64,000 bases of DNA from the NCBI GenBank assembly GCA_017499595.2, contig CM038998.1:2790001-2854000 (forward strand), read 5' to 3'. The position numbers were made by a program, and so were the translations under genes. Every line of letters starts with the position of its first letter. The first letter of the stretch is position 1. Of the stretch, positions 35,983 through 47,651 are shown piece after piece. The DNA comes from Psilocybe cubensis (lineage: Eukaryota). The notes beneath the pieces were generated by a model that was not told the DNA's origin, did no database searches, and was given only the letters and a program-made list of their open reading frames with translations.

Positions 35983-37068
35983 TCATGATAATTTGTTCAT
36001 CTGCTTGCTCGCAGAGTGCAGTTTGCCTCCAACTCTGTCCACCTCACCTGATAGATCGTCTAGCATCTCTATCTGCAAAGCAATCTCACTTCCAATAGCT
36101 TCCCCAAGGTGTCTTTGCCGCTGCAGGATTGTTGTCAGTTGTGAGAGTTGGTTATCCTGTTGTTGAATCTGGGTTTGCTGCATGCTAAGCAGGCCGACGT
36201 TGTCCAGTGGACGCGTAACCTCCGTTTCCTGAGGCGGGGCACCGAAGACGCGTCTGGCTGGCTTGGTCGCTGCGGGACCCAGCAACGCTTCTCTATCCGC
36301 TTCTGCCGGCCTCGTTGACGAAACTGCAGCCGCAGCAGAAGAGGTGGTCCCCCCGGGTCTCATGCCTGTCTGGCGGGCAACCGACACAACGCGACTCAGC
36401 TTCTCGCAGTCATCCTGCAAGCGCGCGACCATATCCGTACGCCGCTGCAGTTCACCCTCGCTCATACCACCCATTCCTAGCTCCTGCAGCCCGCGTCCAA
36501 GCGTACCAATCCGGGATAGCACACCAGCCAGTTTGGATTTTGCCCCGACGTTGCTCTTGTGTGCCGAGACGACATCCCCACGATCGGAGAGCGCATCGCG
36601 TCTGTTGATATCCGCCCACACGTCCCGCAGGCGCGCCTGCAGCTCTGCGTGTTCGTCAAGCCATGACGCAGACGTGAACTGGGTCGGCGCAGCAGCCCCG
36701 TCGTTGCCCAGTTTCCCAATGGGCACCCCCAGAAACTCTTTGAACGCATATGTTTCTCGCCATTTGTCCTCCTTTGCACTGACGATGGCCCGTAGATAGG
36801 CTTCTAGTCCCACGCGTCGCTCCTCCAAGGCCTTGTTATTGGTGTGGGAACGCAGGATGGAAAACTTGTGTTTGGGTGGAAGCGTGCACGGTGGGGGCAC
36901 CCCTGTTGCTTTGGTGAGCTCGGCGTGGAGGTCATCGAACTCGGAATAGCGGCGCCACATTTGCCATGATCGGACGTGAGCTTGGATGTCGATGCGATAA
37001 ACTATGTGTGGTTTGGGGGACGTACGCTCTTCGTAGCCTCGAATAAAGACAGCTTGGATGGCGGTCAT
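35983..37068 (-). CDS. VAM7: PX-domain Qc-SNARE Vam7-like
   Basis: Intronless 361 aa: PX motif RRYSEFDDLH..LPPK..ERR and C-terminal SNARE QDNQLSQL..IGSEIALQIEMLDDL; no TM anchor. Confidence 0.85.
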   Translation of the reverse strand: MTAIQAVFIRGYEERTSPKPHIVYRIDIQAHVRSWQMWRRYSEFDDLHAELTKATGVPPPCTLPPKHKFSILRSHTNNKALEERRVGLEAYLRAIVSAKEDKWRETYAFKEFLGVPIGKLGNDGAAAPTQFTSASWLDEHAELQARLRDVWADINRRDALSDRGDVVSAHKSNVGAKSKLAGVLSRIGTLGRGLQELGMGGMSEGELQRRTDMVARLQDDCEKLSRVVSVARQTGMRPGGTTSSAAAAVSSTRPAEADREALLGPAATKPARRVFGAPPQETEVTRPLDNVGLLSMQQTQIQQQDNQLSQLTTILQRQRHLGEAIGSEIALQIEMLDDLSGEVDRVGGKLHSASKQMNKLS

Positions 37069-37504
37069 GATCTAAGTTGCGATACTGCATTGACCACATG
37101 TGAGTTATCATGTTATGAAGAGAGCCGGCATACTGCTAGTACATATTAATACAACTTATGACGCATGATGCTGATGTCGATGAACCACAATTACCAGGAT
37201 CCTGTAAATTCGTTCATAATTTATGTGGTATATCTTTCTGTGCGATAATGTGCTTTTTCCTTTGCTCGAGATGATATTCCATGTGATATATGTAATATAA
37301 TACAGTCTATACTGTATGCAAACGATTGTATAAAATCCAAGAGAGCGAAACAAAACAGCCAAGGTGCAAGAAAAAAGAAACGAGAGTGAGATTAAGATTA
37401 ACGACAAGGGTATAATTTGGTCTGTGTCCGTATATCATCGAAAGCCAACGAAAGAATAGAAAAGAACACGAAAACAATGTAAAACGCTCTTGGAGATGTG
37501 ACCA

Positions 37505-39172
37505 CTATCGATTGTTGTGCAAGATATGGCTCAACCCTAGAAGAGAAGATGGAGTTTGAGCTTCTGCTTGACTATGGGATTTCTGTCCCTGCCTTTCACC
37601 ACCGCGGTTAGAAATCGATCCTGAATGCGAGCCTACTGGCGGCTGCGATCGTACGTCACTGGAAGAGTGTAGCCAGAACCGCGATGGGTCCGCTGGCGCA
37701 CCTAGATCCGACGACGACGATGAGACAGGCCGAAAAGTGGGCGACGTGCTTATTTGCAAGAGCAATGATGCTGCCGACTCATCCTCCGGTGTCCGGATGC
37801 TGGTCGATTCCGACCTGGAGCGGGCGACGGATGCGTTACTGTCGATCCCTGTGCTCGAAAATCCGGATCCAACAGTGGACCCAACCATTGAGGAGGTGGC
37901 AACGGGACCGAGATTTAACTGCGGTGGGATTGTAGATGAACGAACGGTATCAAAGTGGATAGATGCAGGCGGAGAGGGCAGATATGACTTTGGGACGGGG
38001 GATGGGTGGAGAGTGAGTGGAGAAGCCGACGAGGAGTGCGAACGAGTACGAGGTGGGAATAGCTGCGGATCTATACTAGCGTTGTTGGGGACTATGTCAG
38101 GCATCCATGAGGAGATAGGAGGGAGGCGTTCGGAAGATTCATTGGGGGGCAAAAAGCGGTTGTCCGAGTGGGATCGATGGTGTGGGCTGTACTCGGCTGA
38201 AGATGGCCCAGAAGCCCCAGGATCAGCGATGGCCACAGAGACAGAGACAGGAATAAAGTCATCTGGCTCTCTACAAGGTGATGAGACAGACGGATTATCA
38301 TCAGCAGCTGTCCCCGAGTCTGACCGACGAGGGATTTTAGACTGTCGAATGGACTTGTCGGAATCATATTGTTGCTCAGGCTGACTTGGTCGGCATGAAT
38401 CATGAGCAACCTCTTCGTCGTCGATGTGAAGACCTTTCCGTTTCTTGGGCTGAGATACAGAGCCAAGTCCAGTCCCACATTTTGGACATGCGGGCCAAAG
38501 GTTTGTCATGTTTGGAGAGACTGACCGAGCTGGCGCTGGGGGCGAAGGCATGGGCATTGGTGTAGAAGTTGCAGTCATGGCTGAGGCTTCCAAGGCAGCA
38601 ACGCGCCCAAGAAGATCCTGGAGGAAAGCCACGGTCCTCACAAGGATCTCGAGCTTGAATTCCTTCTCTTCCTTCTTTCCCGAGGGTTTGGGTTCGTTGT
38701 TTTTGCCCCTAGATTTTGCCTTGGCAGTGCCACCCTCGTACTCGTCGTCGTCGTCTCCCTCTTCGTCAGAAGCCACTGTCGGTTTCTGAAGCTGCCCGTA
38801 ATTTATTGGCACCAGCTGCTTGAGAGTGGCTAAAGCATCATTAATTTTTGTGCGCCTGGCTTTCTCGATTATAGAATGATTGAGCCGGCGTTGTGCTTCT
38901 CGAGCAGAGCGAGAAAGGGGCCCTGGCTTACGACCACGTTTGGCAGGTGGGGGAGGAGGCTCGAGCGATTCCTTTGTTGCACTTTCCCTAGGGGTGTAAG
39001 GCTTCATCGGAAGAATAGCACGAAGCTGTGAATGAGAAGAGTTTGCCGGCTGAGACTCTCCGTCACTGGCAGTAGCGGTGGCTTTGGAAGAGACAGTAGG
39101 TACGTTACTGCGCTTTGCGCGTCTAGGGGGGTTGCAACTGGCAGTGTAAATGTCTCTGGGCGCTTCCGGCAT
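37505..39172 (-). CDS. bHLH transcription factor
   Basis: Intronless 555 aa: RRLNHSIIEKARRTKINDALATLKQLVP, acidic loop, FKLEILVRTVAFLQDL; KRGRKP motif upstream. Confidence 0.88.
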   Translation of the reverse strand: MPEAPRDIYTASCNPPRRAKRSNVPTVSSKATATASDGESQPANSSHSQLRAILPMKPYTPRESATKESLEPPPPPAKRGRKPGPLSRSAREAQRRLNHSIIEKARRTKINDALATLKQLVPINYGQLQKPTVASDEEGDDDDEYEGGTAKAKSRGKNNEPKPSGKKEEKEFKLEILVRTVAFLQDLLGRVAALEASAMTATSTPMPMPSPPAPARSVSPNMTNLWPACPKCGTGLGSVSQPKKRKGLHIDDEEVAHDSCRPSQPEQQYDSDKSIRQSKIPRRSDSGTAADDNPSVSSPCREPDDFIPVSVSVAIADPGASGPSSAEYSPHHRSHSDNRFLPPNESSERLPPISSWMPDIVPNNASIDPQLFPPRTRSHSSSASPLTLHPSPVPKSYLPSPPASIHFDTVRSSTIPPQLNLGPVATSSMVGSTVGSGFSSTGIDSNASVARSRSESTSIRTPEDESAASLLLQISTSPTFRPVSSSSSDLGAPADPSRFWLHSSSDVRSQPPVGSHSGSISNRGGERQGQKSHSQAEAQTPSSLLGLSHILHNNR

Positions 39173-40044
39173 TGGAGAGTTGGCGGCGGCGGGGGAGTGA
39201 AGGGAGTGACGTTAGCGAAAGGACATTAGGAAGGAGACTTTATTGGCGTTGTAAGACTCAAGTAGCAATCGTTCCATAGTCGGGTGGTAGGAGCTATCCT
39301 GGGCTATCTAGGAGTGATTTAGTTTGCTCGTGTGCCCAAGAAACGTGCAAGAGATATCTCGCCGGCACACGACCACGAAAGCCATCTCGTGATTGGCTGG
39401 CTACAACACACGTTCGCCAGCGAAAGTCCCGCAGAGAGATCCTTGATCCTTTCCAATGCCCCAAGCGGGGCTCCTGACATGCCTAAATTTGCTTGGGCCC
39501 CTTCAGCAATCCATAAGCCAGGGCACGTTTATTGATGACCGCCAGAGTCCTCAAATAAATCCTGTGAAATCGTGTACAGTTCTCGAGTGTACGAGGAAAA
39601 AACCATGTTTACTTACGCTATATCCGCGTCCTTATCTTGACAAGAAGATGGTTTCTCGTGGATTCCATTCAACGTTGGTATTGAGTGAAGAGTGGTGGGT
39701 GGTACTGAATCCACAATCAATCAATGAATAGCTTGTTTTCACCGGACTGTCGCAGCTTCTCAATCTTGGTCCTTGGTCCTTGACGGATCAGCGAGTATGT
39801 AACTTGGACTATGAGATTCCAAGCACCATCTTTCTCTTGGTTGGATAAATAAGACCCGCCGCACGCTAAACGAAGTAACAACAGGTCGAAAAGCGAGCAA
39901 CGGCCCGGAGCAGCACCTTGGGGGCTGTGCACCTGCGTCCATTTATGGTTATCGCGACGCGACCCAACACAGCGGGCCAGTTACAACCTGGTTAATCTGT
40001 AATTACGGACTCCAGATGGGTGGATCTTCCATATTTTTCTTCAG

Positions 40045-41144
40045 TTATTCAGCGTCTACGGTATCTACCTTGCCACTGACAATCACAAACCTCGCGCCTG
40101 CAGAGGCATACCAATCTATTACTTTCCCAAGGACCCACCATCCCCACCCTTGTGTCTTCAGGAATCTCGAAAAACTGGGAAATACGTCGTCTGTGATATC
40201 TTCTAGAACCACATCACTATACCCAATACGTTTCATTTGCGCAACATAGTCTTCCTTGGAAATCACATTATGCCGGGGCATAAGCCGCAGCACCGACACC
40301 AAGAACTGGGTCCGACGCGTCTTTAACGCGTCAGAAGAAAAACATATGTCGGCCAGGGCGACAGTGCCGCCCCGTTCGAGCTTAGTGTATGCCTGCTCCA
40401 GAAACAGACGGCGGGTGTTAAAGTGGTACGCACAGTCCAGCGCTAGAATCACGTCAAACGTCTCGTTGGAGAGGGTGCTGAGCGGGTGAGCTGGGTTCGC
40501 GCGGTCGGTGCATATCGCGTCTGCATGGTACAAGTCCACGATGGTGTCTATGTCGCGGAGCGCCTGCAGCTTGTGGACGCGGTCGACAGAGCGTTCGTGG
40601 TGCACTTCTAGACTTGTGATGCCCACGAGATGGGATATTCGCGGCAACGACGGCTCGGAAAGAAGGAACAAAAGAGACTCTCCTGTGCCGTGCCCGACAT
40701 CTGGTAAAGAGTCAACTAATTGGTTTGGTTGGGTGGTGGTGGAAGGTAATAACCTAACACTCTTGCCCCTGTGCGCAGTTTGCCAGCCGCGATTAATTTT
40801 AGCGCGAGAGCTACGTAGCCACAACGGTATAAACTCTTTTCTTTGCCCAAGAAAGCAATTGACACCAACCTCGACATGCTTCTGGAAAGCTTTTGGTGTT
40901 CTGAACGGCGCAATTCCATGAATTAGAATGCTTCAAATACACCAAGTCGTACCTTCCAATACCCCATATTGAGCCATTCGGTGGCAGGGGGTAAATTTGG
41001 ATCTTGAGAAGGCGCCTTGTTCAACGTGAGATGAAAAAGCCCGTATGGATCGTTGGAGCGCATTCTTGTCGATGATAATACGAGAAGAGCAATGAAAAGG
41101 AGGACGCCAGAAGCAAGGAAAACATTTATGCCAACGTCGCTCAT
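40045..41144 (-). CDS. Membrane-anchored class I SAM-dependent methyltransferase
   Basis: N-terminal hydrophobic helix, WLNMGYW, spliced motif I VLDVGHGTG, FDVILALDCAYHF, LERGG. Confidence 0.8.
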
Positions 41145-41297
41145 CGTGGTTGTAGTCGGGGAAGATGCACCCGGTTCAAAACAAGTTGTACATAGATAGT
41201 ATTAAGCTAAGTGAACAAATTTGGTTGACAGCCGTGGGCTTCTGCGCATCAGTCAGGGCACAGATTTTCATTAATAATGAACTCACTTCTCTACTTG

Positions 41298-41788
41298 TCA
41301 AGTACATTTGGCAGTGAGGGCGTCAAGAATAGCATAATGAGCCTGCTTCATAGTCGATGCAATATATGGCATCAAAAGCACAAACCCCTAAACCATGGTC
41401 AGAGTGTGATCCATCGGAAGAGGGCAGGCTGACTTGCTTTCAAAACTACGACCTCTGTATATTTGGTACCCTCATTGACTTCTTCTACTCGTACAGTGGA
41501 ATCCATGTGCGTTCCTAACCCAGCAAATACTTCTGTGTATCTCCCATCTTTATCGTTTTCGAAGCCGCATCTAATTGTAGTCTTTGATTCGAGCAGACCA
41601 CCCAATAGTGGCAACATTTCTGTAACGGTGAACCACTTTGGATCGTTGGGATCTGCTTTGGCATCTTGGCACAGAGGACTGAGTTGAATGGATTGAATCG
41701 GGTCGTGAACGATTTGCAAAATCTCTTCCTTTGAAGCTGGTAAAACCTTTGAAAACACGTAGGTGCGGGTGATTATAAAGGGCCACAT
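41298..41788 (-). CDS. Hypothetical protein, tandem copy 1 (possible SRPBCC/START-like fold)
   Basis: Exons 41788-41438 and 41387-41298 joined by a GC-AG intron; close paralog of 42044-42545. Confidence 0.7.
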
Positions 41789-42043
41789 AGGGAGAATATA
41801 TTATGGGGAAAAAATATACAGCTAACATTGCCTTATTTACGGTTTGACGGGGGGTGGTATAACGTTTGAAAATCTCACGAATTCCAGTATTTGGACAAGT
41901 AGGTTCATGCCTCATTGACATTCATCCCTTCATGGACTCTGATGCCCCCGCCGAGCTAAACCACTTTTGCACGGACGACTTTCGGCATGCTCAGCATTCA
42001 CTTGACAGTGAGCGGTGAGTAATTCAATGTAAAACTCACTTTT

Positions 42044-42545
42044 CTACTTGCTGCATTTGGAAGTGAGGGCGTCAAGAATGGCGTAATGAGCCTGCTTCAT
42101 AGTCGATACAATATACGGCATCAGAAGCACAAATCCCTGAATACAACACCATAGTTAGACTGTGATTCATCGGAGGAGGGCAGGCTTGACTTGCTTTCAA
42201 AACTATGACCTCTGTAAATCTGGTACCCTCATTGACCACTTCCACTCGTACAGTGCAATCCATGTGCGTTCCAAACCCGGCAAACACTTCTGTATATCTC
42301 CCATCTTTATCGTTCTCAAAGCTGCATCTAAAAGTGGTCTTTGATTCGAGCAGGCCGCCTAATACTGGTAATCTTTCTGTAACAGTATACCACTTTGGAT
42401 CGTTGGGATCTGCTTCGGCATGTTTGTACAGAGGACTGAGTTGAATGGATTGAAGTGGATCGTGAACAATACGCAAAAGTTCTTCCTTTGAAGTTGGTAA
42501 AACCTTTGAAAACACGTAGGTTCGGGTGATTATAAAGGGCCACAT
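42044..42545 (-). CDS. Hypothetical protein, tandem copy 2 (possible SRPBCC/START-like fold)
   Basis: Exons 42545-42195 and 42136-42044 joined by a GC-AG intron; same MWPFIITRTYVFSKVLP start as copy 1. Confidence 0.7.
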
Positions 42546-42783
42546 GAAAAGGTTATGTTGTTGGGAAAAACATACGGATTGACGGGTCGGTGATATAGGG
42601 GTTGAAAAATCTCACGATTTCCAGTATGACAAACAGGTATAGATGATTGTAGAGATACACGAAAACAAAGTACATTGTGTGAAAAAGATGATGAGAAACA
42701 CACCAGGGGCATTAAGGCAAGAGAGTCAATGTTACAATCCGTAGATATATGGTTTGCGGTGAGTAGAGGAAGAAAAAAAAAGG

Positions 42784-44196
42784 TCATGTTCTTGAGCTGG
42801 AAGGTTTTGCAGATTTAGAATCTTCTTCAGGTTCGAGACCCTCGCCAATGCCGACTTTGCCGATGACATAGCGAAGGACGTCACTGAGGGTGATGATTCC
42901 CAGCAGACGGCCTTTCTTGCCGCCGCGTTTCTCTTCCTCCTGCAGAAAATATATATATTAGAGGTGAAAAATAGAGGAAAAGTGGGAGCGTACATCTCCC
43001 TCGACGACGACAAGTCTGTGTACTCTGCGCTTTTTAATTAATTGCAAGAGGGTGCCGAGGGAGTCTGAAGCGGTGCAGATAACGACGCCAGGAAAATCTG
43101 GTGATCTCTGATTGAGAGCCTCTGATATTTTGAGGTCGAGGGACTGGTATGCACCGAGTCGAACGAGAGTCTGGGAATGGATGTGAGATGGGTTGCGGGG
43201 AGAGGAGATGAAACATACGATGACATCAACGGTCTCATAGAGATTGACGACGATGCCCTCTTCGTTGATGATGGGGACGGCGGAAATAGACCGTTCTGAG
43301 AACATGTGTACGACATCAAAGACGGGGGTGTTGAGAGTGGCAGTTGCGATTGGATAATAGGGGTTTTGGCCCTCTGGGACATCTTGGGGGAGCTGGGCGA
43401 CATAGGTACCTATTTTGAGCCTGCGCAGGGACTGATTGAGCTGCTGGATCTCCTTGCTGCACTGATGGAGATGGATGAGCATAGGAACTGAGAGAGAGAG
43501 AGGGGAGAATGACGGACATTTATGGCGATAAACTTGAGAAGACGGTACTGGGTGAGAACAGAGACGATAACCTCGTGGCCTGTCTCTGTGTCATTGTCGA
43601 GAAGAGGGAGTCTACGAGCATGGGTCTGGATGAGAAGCTTTGCTGCATCGTAGAGGGAGCTGGAGGGATGCTCGCGATGGAGGGGCGGCTGGGCTACACC
43701 GAGCTCATTTTCGATATCTAGGGCGAGAGATGGGCGGCGATGGCAAGAAATAGCAGAGAGAAAATACCTCGGAGAGACTCGAGACGAAAGGTCTCTACAT
43801 CTGCGGCAGCATAGTCGTAGGAGGCGGTGCGATAGTAGTACTGGATGAGATGGATGATATCGAGGACTGTGAGCATGCCTGCGAACCTAGAACGGTCGCT
43901 GTTCCAGAGGGGTGCAGATACGACGCCTGGGGGAGATGAGCAGGGATGACAAGAGAGAAAAGGAACAGACCATTGAGGAGGAGACATTGGAGAGCCTTCT
44001 TGACATTGAGCTTTGTGTCGAGGACGATGAGACGGAAGCTGACGGGGAAAGCGTCGTAGGAGGAGTGGCCCTTGAGAAAGGAGCGGATGGCGGCGAGGGC
44101 GGCGTCGTGTGCCTCCTGGAGAGGGAAGGGCGCGTGCGAGCCAGCCCTGCGTCTTGTGGATGGCTTGCGACGGGCCTTGGGGGAGAGAGTGGCCAT
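42784..44196 (-). CDS. SNF4: AMPK/SNF1 gamma subunit (CBS domains)
   Basis: SYDAFPVSFRLIVLDTKLNVKKAL, SAPLW, VLTQYRLLKFI, ISAVPI, VHRLVVV, GIITLSDVL. Confidence 0.93.
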
Positions 44197-44250
44197 GACT
44201 GATCCTGGGAGAGATGTGATAATCACAACACAACTCTTTCCTCAACCTCC

Positions 44251-46052
44251 ATGTCCGCTCAATTCCCCGCCGCTGCCCCACAGCCACCCTCGGACCCTCT
44301 GCTCGTCCTTCTTCCTCTCCTCATCGTCCTCTCCACCTTTCTCCTCCTTCTCCTCACTTTTCTCATATGCGCCATCATCGTCCGCCGCCGTCGCGCCATC
44401 ATTCTCAGCGACTCGGACGGCCCAGTAGACCTTTCCAGGGAGCACCTTCTCGAGGCAGACGGTGGCTTTGACAACCTCGAGGCCCGTTTTCTAGAGGACG
44501 CCTCCGACTCTGCCCGCAGGGCATATCTCCGTGCCAAAGGTCCGTCAATCTCTCCCATTCACCTTGCTACTGGTTCTCATCTTTCTCTCCAGAGTATCAG
44601 CTTCAGTATCCCCCAAATTCCCTCCCAACAGACATAACCCTCTCCCAGTTTCTCTCAATACAGGAAAAGGGCGTCTCTGCCTGGTGTTTCGAACCAGACT
44701 ATGAGACAGTCAACTCCCTCCTCGTTCATGCCAGGACTGAAATCACCTTCCTCCCAGACCCCGCCTCTTCCTCTTGCGTCCAGTCAAATCTCCCCCTCCC
44801 AAAACTAAACGAGGTCTACTACTGGGAAGTAAAGATGTTTGACCTTCCCCAGTCCACCACCGTCGCTGTCGGTCTCGCCACAAAACCATATCCTCCCTTT
44901 CGTCTCCCAGGTCTCAATCGCTACTCCGTAGCATACCATTCAAACGGTGACAAGTCACACAACTATCCCTTTACCGCAACGCCATTTGGACCTCCTCTCA
45001 AAGAGGGCGATGTCCTCGGCGTAGGCTATCGTCCCAGAACAGGCACCGTTTTCTATACCCGCAACGGTCGCAAGACAGAGGATGCCTTCATTGGCCTCAG
45101 CAGGTGGAACCTCTTTCCCACAATCGGCGCAGATGGTCCTTGCAGCGTACACGTTAATCTTGGCCAGGCTGGTTTTGTCTTTATCGAGGCCAATGTAAAG
45201 AAATGGGGTCTAGCTCCCAGTGTTGGCACTCTCGCACCGCCACCAGCATATGGCAGTGAGCGTGGTAGCATCCTTCTTGATGTTGGTGGTCGCATACGAA
45301 CAAATCCTGATGGCACCCCATCTACCTCTTCCTCTCCATCATCTCCTCACCGTCATAGGTCTCGTCGACCAAGACAATCCTCAGCGCCTGGCGTCGCATC
45401 ACCCTTGCGCAGTTCTCTCCTTTCAGAACCTCCACCCATGACCCCTCCGCCTCCAATTACACCCATAGACGAAGCAGTCGAAGATGACTCTTCATCAGAC
45501 GATCCGTCTGCCCCTTTGCTTAATAGAGACCCCGGCAGTGAAGGTGTATCTCGTTCACCTTCTCCGCCAATTTCTCGTCCTCCCGACGCAGGTGCGCGTA
45601 ACCCATTTACCAATCATCGCCATCGCATATCCTCATCCCTCTCTCATTTCGCCACCTCTCTCTCAGCTCCCTCTTCCGACTTGACGGTACATCTCCATCC
45701 TCCTCCAGATTCACCAATGAGCCCTAACATCAATCCTCCCACCCCCGGTGTTCGTGATATTCATCTCCAGGCAATCTCTCCTGGCCATCGACGCGCAGGC
45801 AGCTCTGGCAGCTCTAACAACAACCCTTCTTCTACCCCGACCGACCGTCTCACCCCCTCCAGTCCCTTGACCAGACGGGATCCTCCCGCATACTCGCCTT
45901 TGGACGCATACACTTATGCAGAGGGAGTTCATATTGATCTTCCAGCTGAAGTTATCGCTGCTGCCTTGGAAGGAAACAGCGTCCCCGCCGCGTCTATTGG
46001 ACAGTCAAATTCTTCCCAACCCTCAGATAGACGTCGGTCTAGAAGGAGATGA
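44251..46052 (+). CDS. Single-pass SPRY-domain Rsp5 adaptor, Ssh4/Ear1-like
   Basis: N-terminal TM helix, IQEKGVSAW.FEPD, VQSNLPLPK.NEVYYWEVK, GLATKPYP.FRLPG, VNLGQAGFVFIEANVKKWGLAP; PY motifs PPAY. Confidence 0.88.
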
Positions 46053-46549
46053 TTTACTACACCCGTCAGTTTCTCAAATCAAGTTTTTTTTTGTGAAATT
46101 GACTACCTTGTATGAACACTGACTTGTACTCTAAGCCATCTGATTTTCCCTGTAGCATTTTCTTATCATTTTTTAATTAGATCGCTGCACACACTTTTTT
46201 TACGCTTTTCTAACTGTCCTTGGAGTGCACACTACAACTTGTTTTACTACCTGCCTTTGGAAACATTTCCTCCCACATTGTTCCTCTAGTATTTATGATA
46301 TGCAAAAAGTCGTTCAAATCAATTCATGATCATCGTCTCTGGGAGCGTGAAGAAGAGAAGTAAAAAAATGCGGGGTGAACGAAGAAAAAAAAATAGCTAT
46401 GGTACATAAACTAGTGTGGTGGGGTTTGAATAATTTAGTGAGCGCCTCTTTCCTTCTCCGAGTCCCGAAGCGGCTTTGATGGTGTTCGTACAGCAATCAT
46501 GCTTGATCGTTTTCCGCTTCTCGTATGTTAGAAGCAACTAGCAATGGGA

Positions 46550-47255
46550 CTACGTCGTCGTCGGTCTAGGCGGCGGTGGACTCCTCACTGAATGGCGATG
46601 TGACCGGGATGACCTGGCCTGTCATTCGCGAAATGGAATCAGCATGGACGTTACGCGTGCATGTGGTACCCCCTCATCGAAAAAACTTTGAAGCTAAAAC
46701 GACTCTCACCTCGAACCTGACACCGTCAACATGCTCGAATTCCCAACCGACGGGATACCGGTCTTTCCCCGGAAGCAGCGCTGCCCTCGGCGCTTCTGTA
46801 AACATCACCACACCACCCGACACTTCCTTCACCAGTCCGCGTGGCTCTGATTGTAGCAGCACAGACGACCGCCGCTGGTCCTTTTCAGACACCACAGGCG
46901 TCACAGGCCGCACATTCGACGCGTCCGAGCCAGACGTCTTTGAGGAATTACCACCACCCCTCCTCGGCCCGCAGCAGCACAACATTGCGCGGGCGCTTGC
47001 CCCCCACGACTCCTTCCTCGTCCGCTTGATGTAGCACAGCCAGCTCACAAAGGCGACGACGAGCAGCACGATGACCATCGCGATCCCGATGAACCGGTGC
47101 ATCCCTGGCTTGTTGGCGTAGGTCGTGTTTCCGCTCCCTGAATCCGAGTCTCCTGACTGGTTGCCGACTATCGCCGCTGTGCCGCTTGGAGGCGCACAGT
47201 ATACGTGCCCCGATGGACACCCGTCGCTCTCTCCGTCTGCTCTTGGGAGGAACAT
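46550..47255 (-). CDS. Hypothetical single-pass membrane protein
   Basis: ORF 46674-47255 with TM helix FIGIAMVIVLLVVAFVSWLCY followed by basic residues and CCC; probable terminal intron. 3' end approximate. Confidence 0.55.
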
Positions 47256-47651
47256 TTGCTCTCGCGCGCAACGAGGGGCCTAGATTTTACAGAGGGAGGA
47301 GGAGGAGGAGGGGTGGCGTACTAGCGAAGGGACGGGGATGGTTCGAAGCCACTTTTCGGTAGTAGGCCTGGAGTATTAGTAGTAACCTGCATACTTCTAC
47401 GCTAACCGCTTTGGTGCGATGATGATTCCATGGCGGCTGACGATTGTTATCATCATCAGCTAAATTATTATAAACGCAGGATCTTTGCTTCTCTTCGGAC
47501 GGCTGACTCGCCGCCAAACTTCCGAGTTTCGAGTTCTTTCACACACTAAAAACATTTATGGAACGAAAAAAGAAGCTTGCGTATTCAACGGCCTAATTAC
47601 AAACTACGTAACCAACTCGTTTCTTGGTCCTTAAGTCCACTGGTTGGAAAC

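Noticed and set aside
40923-41144. MSDVGIN start resembling MSDIN cyclic-peptide precursors
   Set aside because: Lacks the MSDINATRLP leader and follower; it is the first exon of the methyltransferase.
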